DNA from: Candidatus Omnitrophota bacterium
Lineage (GTDB): Bacteria; Omnitrophota; Gorgyraeia; Gygaellales; Profunditerraquicolaceae
Assembly: GCA_022710715.1 (NCBI GenBank)
Contig: JAKLGJ010000002.1
Span: 147,791 to 211,790 of the forward strand
Direction of reading: 5' to 3'
Length of the DNA stretch: 64,000 nucleotides
Positions 56,466 to 64,000 of this stretch are shown one piece after another. Position 1 is the first letter of the stretch, and every line of letters begins with the position of its first letter. A program made the position numbers and the translations under genes. The notes under the pieces are model-generated. The model did not search any database and was not told where the DNA came from. It was given only the letters and a program-made list of their open reading frames with translations.

Positions 56466-57281
56466 AAAGAGTTACAATAATATTATTCCCTCATTAAAAA
56501 TTAATAAAATTTATCGTTAGATTTGTCGACTTCGCGCGTCTATTATAGCGGAGAAGACAAATGCCTTCATGCGCTAGAAAACATCGATTAACAGGATCGC
56601 TTATTTACCATATCTTCAATCGCGGCAATAGCCGCAAGGTCATCTTTTGTGATGAGTCGGATTGCATTTTCTTCAAATGTCTCCTTAAAAAATACATTGA
56701 ACTGTTCTCTATACAGATTTATCACTGGGTAATCATGCCCAATCATTATCATTTATTGCTGGAGATTGCCGAGCCGCGGTTAATTTCGCGGGTCATGGCC
56801 GGCCTTAATGTTTCATACACCAGGCATTTTCACCGGAAATATGAGACATATGGTCTATTGTGGCAAGGAAGATTTAAATCGCAGCCGGTGCAGAAAGAGT
56901 CTTATCTTTTTGCCTGCGGCAGATATATCGAGCGAAACCCGGTGAGGAAGAACATAGTATCGGTCGCCGCGGAGTATGCACATAGCAGCGCGCGGTTTTA
57001 TTGCCTGGGGGAGAATGATGACATCACCTGCGAGGATCCGTATTTTCGGGAGTTCGGCCGGAGCTTAAACGATGCGCAGGCGCATTATGCGCGTTATTTA
57101 CTTGGGTTCGATCGGACTGAAGAAAGCCAATTCCGCAAAATTGATATTCCCTTAGGGGATAGAATCTTTGTGAATAAGTTGCGGAAGGAGAGGGGGCTTT
57201 ATGTCCCTGCCGGTCCAGGAAAACCGCGAGCGAATATCATTGCAACTAATTGCTAGACTAATATTTGGGGAAAGCGTCTGC
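56466..57281 (+). mobile_element. putative small insertion carrying the RAYT/IS200-like transposase (boundaries not defined)
   Basis: AT-rich DNA and a transposase gene next to a tRNA gene. No terminal inverted repeats or REP hairpins identified. Confidence 0.3.
56561..57256 (+). CDS. IS200/IS605-family HUH (Y1) transposase, RAYT-like
   Basis: HUH motif NHYHLLLE and catalytic Tyr context RYIERNPVR. The gene and the 95-nt stretch before it look AT-rich against the GC-rich surroundings. Confidence 0.75.
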   Translation: MPSCARKHRLTGSLIYHIFNRGNSRKVIFCDESDCIFFKCLLKKYIELFSIQIYHWVIMPNHYHLLLEIAEPRLISRVMAGLNVSYTRHFHRKYETYGLLWQGRFKSQPVQKESYLFACGRYIERNPVRKNIVSVAAEYAHSSARFYCLGENDDITCEDPYFREFGRSLNDAQAHYARYLLGFDRTEESQFRKIDIPLGDRIFVNKLRKERGLYVPAGPGKPRANIIATNC

Positions 57282-58550
57282 CTAGAAGGAGAGTTCTTCG
57301 GTGCTCACGATTTTGACCTGGCCGTTATCCTGAATATCGCCTGAAACTTCAATGATCACCAGATCATTTTCCTGGGCTCCGGAGAGTATCTGGGCATAAT
57401 CGCTGGTAAAGTATCCCACGGAAACCGAGCGTGTCTGCACTACTCCGATCTGTCCCTCATCGGGATTGCCCTGAATGGAAGCAGCGGGAATAACCAGCAA
57501 CTGGAAAGCTTCGTTAACATTGATCAGGGCGCTGGAAGGCACCATGAGGGCATTGTCCAGTTCAACAATGCTTAAGTCCGCCCGGCTGAACATCCCCGGC
57601 AGCAACAGTCCTTCGTCATTCTTCACCTTGAGCTTAACCGTAAGGGTCCGGCTTTTTCCTTCCACAATCGGGAAGATATATTCCACGAATCCCTGAAAAG
57701 GTATGGTCGGGTAGGCGTCGACATAAATCTTGGCTTTCTGCCCGATCTTGACTTTCTCGATATCGCGCTCGACCACGCCGACTTCCACGAAGACGTTCTT
57801 GATCTCGAACAGGGAGCCAACCTTATCCTGGGAAGTGACGAATTCGCCTTCTTCCGCATCGCGCGGCCCCATCACGCCGTCTTTGGTGGCGTATATCTTG
57901 GTTTTCTTCATTTCGTTTTCCGCGATCTGCAGTTCGCTGCGCGCGGTTTCCAGCTGGTAGCGAGCGCTTTCTACTTCCAATTCGATTTGTTCCATCTTGG
58001 ATTTGATAATCGCGCCGGCTTCATAGAGTTTTTTATGGATTTCCAGTTGTTTAAGCACGGAATTGTACCCTGCCTGCGCGGAATGGAATTTGCTCTGGGC
58101 GTATACATATTTCAGCTCGGCGTCGCGGGAGTTGAGGATGGCAATAAGGTCGCCCTTTTTGATCTTCTCGCCTTCGCGGAAAAAGATCTTTTCGATCACG
58201 CCGTTGATTTCAAAGCGCAATTCGACTTCGGTTTCGCCTTTGACCGTGCCCATGACCGGAAGCACGTCGATAAATTTAGGCGCGACTTTCAAACGCAGGG
58301 TGCGGGCTTGCGGCAGAATGGTTTCCGCGGGCGCCAGCGGTTGGCCGTCTTTGCCTTGCGTTTCAGGCGATTCCGGCGCCTGCTCTCCGGAAGTCTTTTG
58401 CTGGACGGTTTCTTTTATTTTCTCTATGGTTTCGGGAATGGAGGCGTCCGGGCCGACTTTCAAATAGGTCTTGAGCATTCCCCAGCCGATGAAGACGATC
58501 CAGAATAAGACCACCAGGCCCAGCAGCAGCTTGGCAATTTTTGCGCCCAT
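57282..58550 (-). CDS. RND efflux membrane fusion protein (periplasmic adaptor subunit)
   Basis: N-terminal TM, coiled-coil hairpin, lipoyl/beta-barrel/MP domains. 422 aa. Confidence 0.8.
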   Translation of the reverse strand: MGAKIAKLLLGLVVLFWIVFIGWGMLKTYLKVGPDASIPETIEKIKETVQQKTSGEQAPESPETQGKDGQPLAPAETILPQARTLRLKVAPKFIDVLPVMGTVKGETEVELRFEINGVIEKIFFREGEKIKKGDLIAILNSRDAELKYVYAQSKFHSAQAGYNSVLKQLEIHKKLYEAGAIIKSKMEQIELEVESARYQLETARSELQIAENEMKKTKIYATKDGVMGPRDAEEGEFVTSQDKVGSLFEIKNVFVEVGVVERDIEKVKIGQKAKIYVDAYPTIPFQGFVEYIFPIVEGKSRTLTVKLKVKNDEGLLLPGMFSRADLSIVELDNALMVPSSALINVNEAFQLLVIPAASIQGNPDEGQIGVVQTRSVSVGYFTSDYAQILSGAQENDLVIIEVSGDIQDNGQVKIVSTEELSF

Positions 58551-58610
58551 ACAGCCTCCTTTACCATCATTGTAAATGAAACCACCGTATAAGTAAACGG
58601 TTTTTTCCGG

Positions 58611-61600
58611 TTATTTTCTGACCAGCCGGAAATCAACGAAGATCATGTATACGCAGGGAATGATCAGCAGCGTCAGCACGGTGGAAACCGTCATGCCTCC
58701 GATGACCGTGATGGCCAGCGGCGCCCAGAGGTTCGAAGATTCGCTCTTGTCCAGGGCCATGGGGATCAGCCCCAGTATCGTGGTCAACGAGGTCATCATG
58801 ATCGGACGCAAGCGGTGCAACGAGGATTCTATTACCGCTTTACGCACGGTCATCAGGTAATCCGGATTCTTGCGCACAAAATTGATGCGGTCCACCAGAA
58901 CAATGGCGTTGTTGACCACAATGCCGAAAAGCATGATCCCGCCGATAAGCACGCCGGTGCCTACCGGTTTGTTGGTGTAGCGCAGCGCCAGAATCGCGCC
59001 GATGATCGCCAGCGGAACGGTGGCCATGATGATAAATGGCTGCGCCATCGATTCAAACAGGCTGGCCAGCACCATATATACCAGAATCAGGGCGCCCACG
59101 ACTGCGACCACCAGCTCTTTCTGGGTATTGACCATTTTTTCGTAATTGCCGCCCAGTTCCCAGCGGTAATCCAGAGAAGGCAATTGCAGCTCGGTCAGCG
59201 CCTGTTTAACCAGGTCCGCGGCAGTGCCCAGAGCGGTGCCGCCGGTATTCGCGCTGACCTGGACCATGCGCGATTTGTTTTTGCGCCAGATCTCGCTGGG
59301 ACCGACCTCGAATTTAAATTCCGCGATCTGGGTTAAAAATACCGGATGGCCGTCAGGGGTAACGAAACTGGTCCGGCGCAGCGCTTCAAATGAATTGCGG
59401 AAGCGCTCTTCTATACGGACAATGGTTTCGGTTTCTTTCGCTTCTTTGTCCGGCGCGGCGTCGGTTTTCTTGATCCCCGCGAAGGAAGTGGCTATGCCTT
59501 CCCGCGCGCTGGAATAAGAATCTTTGATGCGCACCATCGGTTCTTCTTTCCCGCGGTAACGGGTGGCGACCAGGCCGCGGGTATTGGTATGCAGCGCCAG
59601 GGCGATATTTTCTACGGTCAGCCCGAACAGCGCCGCCTGGCGCTTATCGATGTTGAAATGCAGCTCCGGCCGGCCTTCGCGCATGCGTATTTTAGTGTCG
59701 GTAAATTTGGGGATGCCCTGGACTTTCTGCGCGATCTGGATGGCCAGATCTTTGAGCCGGTCGTAGTCGTAGCCGAATATATCGATGATGATTTCCTTGG
59801 TCCCCACCTCTTCCTGTTCCTCGAAATAAATGAACGCCGGGTCCAGCGAGGCGGTCAGGGGGCGCAATTGTCCCATGACTTCCGCCGAGGAAAGCCGTCT
59901 CTTTTTGAACGGCACCAGTTCCACGAAGATCTTCGCCGACCAGGGCTCGACTTTCGCGGTAGAGGTTTTGATGTCGGGGAACTGCTTGAGGATCTTTTCG
60001 ACTTTCTCCACCACTTTGTTGGTCACGTCGATCCGGGTGCCGGTAGGCATTTCGATGAAGACGGTGAATTTGTTCTGTTCGGCGATCCCGATGAATTCCT
60101 TTTCCAGCTTTTTGCCTTCATTAAGAGCGTACATGAACGCGATCGCGGCGAGGATGACCAGCAGATAACGCAGGGCGATGATCACGGAGATGATCCCCCG
60201 GTAGAGATTCTGCATCAGCCGGATAAATCCTCGGTGTATGCGCTTGAGCAAACCGGGTTTCTTCTGCGGCTGCGCCGGATCGGGCAGGGAAACCGGGATG
60301 CGGGAGAGCATCAGCGGAACGATGGTCAACGCGGTCAAGAGCGAGGCGAGCAGAGAGAAGGTGATGGTTAAAGCGATCCCGCTGTAGAGCTGCTGGATCT
60401 CCTTGTTGATGAAGACCAGGGGAAGGAAAACGATTACCGAGGTGATCGTGGAGGTCACAATGGCCAGATACATCTCGTCCGCACCTTCCACCGCGCATTT
60501 CTTTTCCACTCCCGGGAAATGCAGATGCCGCTGCTCGATGATCTCGTCGCGTTTTTTGAAGACGTTATCCATAACCACAATGGCGTTATCCACGAGCATG
60601 CCCACGCCCAGGGCCAGACCGCTCAAAGAGATGACGTTCAGGGACAGGTTGGTTGCCCACATCAGGAAAAGGGTGAACAAAAGTGAGAAGGGGATGCAGG
60701 ACCCGATAATGTTGACCAGGCGAAAATCCCGCAGAAAAATAAGCAGGACCGCGACCGCCAGCAATGCGCCGACTAACAGCGAGGATTTGACCTGATTGAT
60801 GGCCTGCTGGATCACTTCGGCCTGGTTGAACGTCAGGTTGATCTGGATGTCTTTATCCACGATCCCGCGCAACTTGGCTACTTCTTCATGGATATGTTTG
60901 GATATCTTGACGGTGTTGGCGGTGGATTCTTTCTGCACGTAGATGGACACCACGGGATTGGCGTTGAGGCGGGCGAACGCCACCGGATCGAGATAGGAAT
61001 CTTTGACCTGGGCGACGTCCTTGAGCCGGATGACCGAGCCTTCCTTGGTGGTGGCTACCGCCAGGTTTTCGATGTCCGCAAGCGACTTGAACTCCCCGAT
61101 GGTCCGGACCAGGTATTTATTCCTGTCCCCATAAACTTCGCCGGCCATGGAGTTCTCGTTGTTCACGTTGATGATATCCACCAGCCGGTTAATGGGGAGC
61201 CCGTAGGCCTGTAATTTGCGCTGGTCGACGTCGATAATGATCTTGCCTTCGCGGCCTCCGGCGACTTCGGCATTCGCCACGCCTTCGACTCTCTGGATGC
61301 GGTCTTTGACGGTTTCGTCGACGATCTTGCGCAACTGTTCGGGGCTGCGGTTGACTCTGCTGGTTACTGCCAGGATCATGATCGGCACGTCCATATATTC
61401 GTATTTAGCCACGACGGGTTTTTCGATTTCCTGGGGGAGCCTGTTGCGGATGCGGTTGAATTTCTCGCGCACCTCCAGGGCGGCAAAATCCATGTTGATC
61501 CCCGGTTCGAATTCCAGGATAACGGTGGAGTTGCCTTCCTTGGAGATAGAGATGAGATTTTTGAGATGGGTGGCGCCGCCGACCGCTTCTTCCACCAGTT

Positions 61601-61796
61601 TGGTGATGCGTTTCTCTACTTCGGAAGCAGGCATGCCGCCGCGCACGTCGATATTGATGGTGATATCGCCGAAGGCGATATTGGGCATCATTTCCACGGG
61701 CAGCTGCATGAATGCTACGCAGCCGGCCAGGACAATGCCCAGCAGGAACATGAAGGTCAATGTCGGCCTTCGGACGGAAATATCGGGAATCGTCAT
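58611..61796 (-). CDS. RND efflux transporter permease subunit (AcrB/CzcA superfamily)
   Basis: 1061 aa, 12 TM helices with two large periplasmic loops. The NAIVVMDN and LRPIMMTSLTTILG motifs are characteristic. Confidence 0.9.
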   Translation of the reverse strand: MTIPDISVRRPTLTFMFLLGIVLAGCVAFMQLPVEMMPNIAFGDITINIDVRGGMPASEVEKRITKLVEEAVGGATHLKNLISISKEGNSTVILEFEPGINMDFAALEVREKFNRIRNRLPQEIEKPVVAKYEYMDVPIMILAVTSRVNRSPEQLRKIVDETVKDRIQRVEGVANAEVAGGREGKIIIDVDQRKLQAYGLPINRLVDIINVNNENSMAGEVYGDRNKYLVRTIGEFKSLADIENLAVATTKEGSVIRLKDVAQVKDSYLDPVAFARLNANPVVSIYVQKESTANTVKISKHIHEEVAKLRGIVDKDIQINLTFNQAEVIQQAINQVKSSLLVGALLAVAVLLIFLRDFRLVNIIGSCIPFSLLFTLFLMWATNLSLNVISLSGLALGVGMLVDNAIVVMDNVFKKRDEIIEQRHLHFPGVEKKCAVEGADEMYLAIVTSTITSVIVFLPLVFINKEIQQLYSGIALTITFSLLASLLTALTIVPLMLSRIPVSLPDPAQPQKKPGLLKRIHRGFIRLMQNLYRGIISVIIALRYLLVILAAIAFMYALNEGKKLEKEFIGIAEQNKFTVFIEMPTGTRIDVTNKVVEKVEKILKQFPDIKTSTAKVEPWSAKIFVELVPFKKRRLSSAEVMGQLRPLTASLDPAFIYFEEQEEVGTKEIIIDIFGYDYDRLKDLAIQIAQKVQGIPKFTDTKIRMREGRPELHFNIDKRQAALFGLTVENIALALHTNTRGLVATRYRGKEEPMVRIKDSYSSAREGIATSFAGIKKTDAAPDKEAKETETIVRIEERFRNSFEALRRTSFVTPDGHPVFLTQIAEFKFEVGPSEIWRKNKSRMVQVSANTGGTALGTAADLVKQALTELQLPSLDYRWELGGNYEKMVNTQKELVVAVVGALILVYMVLASLFESMAQPFIIMATVPLAIIGAILALRYTNKPVGTGVLIGGIMLFGIVVNNAIVLVDRINFVRKNPDYLMTVRKAVIESSLHRLRPIMMTSLTTILGLIPMALDKSESSNLWAPLAITVIGGMTVSTVLTLLIIPCVYMIFVDFRLVRK

Positions 61797-61799
61797 GTT

Positions 61800-64000
61800 C
61801 TAGGTTAACTCATACCATCTGCCCGGGCCGAGGGGGCCTTTGCCGATGATACGTTTTTTATCCACCAGTTCTTTTAAATCTCTTGCCGCCGTGGGGATGG
61901 AAATATGCAACAGGTCCGCGTATTCCTTGCGGGTAATCTTTTTAAGTGTTTTCAGCTTCTCCAGGAGCTCCGCCTGCCGCGGGCTCACTTCGGCCGTTGC
62001 GCTTGTTGATTCGGCGGCAAGAGGAGTGGTTGGTTCGGCCGCCGGGACGGTTTCCCTGGCCGCCGGTTCCGCGGTTTGTCTGCGCTCGATCGTTTCTGCT
62101 GCTTTCTCGGGCAGTATCGGTTGGGCGGGAGCCGGTCGCGGCGCAGGTTTAGACCGGGGTTCGGCTCTGGTTGCTTTCTGCCGCTGGGCCAGTAATGCCT
62201 GCTGTTGTTTGCGCTGATCTTCGATTTCCTGGTGCAGATCGGCGATATGTTGCTCTCTCTCTGCGAGCTGTTTCTGCACTTCAATGATCTGTTTTTCCCG
62301 TTCGCTCACTGCGATCTTGTATCCCTGCAGCTGGCTTTGGAGTTTTGCTGAAAGATCCCCCATTTCCTTCTGCTTTTCTTCCAGGGAACGGTGCAGCTGT
62401 TCCATTTCCCCTCTTTTGCTGGCGACGGAAGAATCATGCTGGGTTTTCTGCTCTTCTATATGCCGTTGCAGATTCGCGATGTGTTTTTCTTTTTCCTGCA
62501 GCTGCGTCTGTATCTCGGCGAGTTGTTTTTCGCGTTCGCCTAGACTGGATGCATGCGAGGTTTGCTGGTGGCGGAGCTGTTCGGTAAGCGCGGAAAGCTT
62601 GGCTTGTTCAGCCGCCAACTCCGTCTGCATTTTTTGTTTGAGTATCTCTACGTCGGCAGCCGGGATTACCGGCTCCGGCGTCGCCGCAACCTGCGGTTGT
62701 GCCTGCTCCGCGGGCGCTGGTTGTGTATGCACGGGCGTTCCCGGCAAAACCGCCACGCCTTCGGCTTGAACCGGACTGCTTTTCGCGGGCTCTTCCCAGG
62801 TCACCAGCGCAGGAGAGGGCAGCCAGGGGAAGGTTTCCATAAGCAAGACGTAGGCTGCGGGGATGAAAACCAGCGTGAGAAAAGTCGATGAGATCAACCC
62901 GCCCATGACTGTCAGCGACATGGGCGCCTGCAATTCTGATCCTTCGCCGATGCCCAGGGCCAGCGGCAGCAAACCAAGGATGGTGGTTAAGGAGGTCATG
63001 AGAATGGGGCGCAGACGTATGCGGCTGGCTTCGATCGCCGCCTCCAGAGGAGAGTATCCTTCCTGACGCAGGGAGTTGATGAATTCTATGAGCACGATGC
63101 CGTTGTTGACGGCAATACCGCCGAGCATGATGATGCCCAGGTAGGCCACGACGCTCAAGGGGGTCCGGGTGATAAACAGAGAGAACGCCACGCCGATCAA
63201 TGAAAGCGGAACGGTGAACATGATCAGCAGCGGTTGCCATAACGATTCGAATTCGGCGGCCATGATCATATAGACCAGGATAATGGCGAAGGTCAAAGCG
63301 AAGGCCAGACTGGCGAAAGATTCTTTCATGCGCTGTTGTTCACCGGCCAGCTCGACCGAATAATCCATGGGAATGGTGGTTCTGCGCAATGCCGCAAGAA
63401 TAGTGTTGATGTCGTCGGCAATGCGGGAGAAATTCCGTTTATAGATGTTGGCGGTGACGATCACGCTGCGCTGCTGATCGATGCGCTTGATCTCGGTAGG
63501 GCCGGTGCCTTTGGTCAAATACGCCAGATCGGAAAGGGAGACGTCCATGCCCAGGGGGGAATGCACCAGCAGGTGGCGCAGGTTATTCAGGGCGTTTCTA
63601 TCCTGTGGCCGCAGCCGCACGCGGATGTCCACATCCTCTTCGATATTCTTTTCTTTGAACTTGGTCGCCACATAGCCTTTTAAGGCGACTTGAGAAGTGA
63701 CGGCGATATCGCGCACCGAGAGACCATAGAGCGAAGCCTTGTCCTTGCGGACCAGCAATTTAGTTTCCGGGCTCGGCGGCGACATGCTGCTTTTTACGCC
63801 GTAGACGCCGGAAATGTTCTTGAGCTTGCTTTCGATAATGGAAGCGAAGGTGGAGAGGCGGCGCAGGTCGGCGCCCTTGAGCTCGATGGCAATAGGCGCT
63901 CCCTGTTCGAGAGCGCTGCCCAGGGATGTTTCCTGGGCGATATATTCTATCTGCGCGCGTTCGGTTTCCTCTTTTTCCAGCCGCCCTTTGAGAAACTGGA
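61800..64000 (-). CDS. second RND permease, 5'-partial, with about 330-aa C-terminal cytoplasmic extension (coiled-coil repeats + winged-HTH-like domain)
   Basis: Reading frame continues open past the track M at 63785 to the window end (translation ...ELKGADLRRLSTFASIIESKLKNISGVYGVKSSMSPPSPE...). RND C-terminal half motifs NNGIVLIEF and LRPILMTSLTTILGLLPLAL, then a Q/E-rich repeat region, then C-terminal ITRKEYADLLHISIPTAARDLKELVDKKRIIGKGPLGPGRWYEL. Confidence 0.8.
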   Translation of the reverse strand, partial: QFLKGRLEKEETERAQIEYIAQETSLGSALEQGAPIAIELKGADLRRLSTFASIIESKLKNISGVYGVKSSMSPPSPETKLLVRKDKASLYGLSVRDIAVTSQVALKGYVATKFKEKNIEEDVDIRVRLRPQDRNALNNLRHLLVHSPLGMDVSLSDLAYLTKGTGPTEIKRIDQQRSVIVTANIYKRNFSRIADDINTILAALRRTTIPMDYSVELAGEQQRMKESFASLAFALTFAIILVYMIMAAEFESLWQPLLIMFTVPLSLIGVAFSLFITRTPLSVVAYLGIIMLGGIAVNNGIVLIEFINSLRQEGYSPLEAAIEASRIRLRPILMTSLTTILGLLPLALGIGEGSELQAPMSLTVMGGLISSTFLTLVFIPAAYVLLMETFPWLPSPALVTWEEPAKSSPVQAEGVAVLPGTPVHTQPAPAEQAQPQVAATPEPVIPAADVEILKQKMQTELAAEQAKLSALTEQLRHQQTSHASSLGEREKQLAEIQTQLQEKEKHIANLQRHIEEQKTQHDSSVASKRGEMEQLHRSLEEKQKEMGDLSAKLQSQLQGYKIAVSEREKQIIEVQKQLAEREQHIADLHQEIEDQRKQQQALLAQRQKATRAEPRSKPAPRPAPAQPILPEKAAETIERRQTAEPAARETVPAAEPTTPLAAESTSATAEVSPRQAELLEKLKTLKKITRKEYADLLHISIPTAARDLKELVDKKRIIGKGPLGPGRWYELT

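Overview
This is a 64 kb chromosomal segment of a GC-rich bacterium, centred on the replication origin, with genes tightly packed and many overlaps. The minus-strand block 1-11 kb reads rsmI - glmS - tRNA-Glu(TTC) - gyrA - gyrB - a DUF721-like ORF - dnaN - dnaA. recF is absent from its usual place between dnaN and gyrB. Divergent from dnaA sits a DnaA-box cluster and AT-rich stretch (putative oriC) plus a near-consensus sigma70 promoter. The plus-strand block from there to 51.9 kb is: rpmH - yidD (no rnpA) - yidC - a Jag_N-only stub - two parS sites - parA - parB - ndk - yicC - gmk - rpoZ - coaC - tRNA-Cys - a free-standing LAGLIDADG endonuclease - tRNA-Leu - tRNA-Val - thrS - infC - rpmI - a structured leader - rplT - two trkA - trkH - a secreted hypothetical protein - pheS - pheT - a promoter and a 6S-RNA-like hairpin - rarA - an MTHFR_C-like Zn protein - 5-formyl-THF cyclo-ligase - rny - ymdB - a secreted glycoside-hydrolase-like protein - xseA - xseB - dxs - a four-subunit 2-oxoacid:ferredoxin oxidoreductase - gltX - an entericidin-like lipoprotein - a terminator - the pilin cluster - tRNA-Gln - glnS - tRNA-Leu and its terminator. 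The most unusual stretch is 43.4-49.2 kb. It holds four genes with prepilin (class III) signal peptides, a roughly 36-cysteine secreted protein, two paralogous secreted proteins and a small membrane protein. No assembly ATPase, platform or secretin lies in the window. Downstream on the minus strand is a FIST sensor - GAF histidine kinase - REC-GGDEF (GGDDY) signalling operon. After it comes tRNA-Glu(CTC), followed by a low-GC islet with a class I SAM-dependent methyltransferase and an IS200/RAYT-type HUH transposase. The window ends on the minus strand with a membrane fusion protein and two tandem RND permeases. The second permease runs off the window. It carries an unusual roughly 330-residue cytoplasmic tail, which I read as a coiled-coil repeat region ending in a winged-helix DNA-binding-like domain. 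No CRISPR array or rRNA gene was seen.
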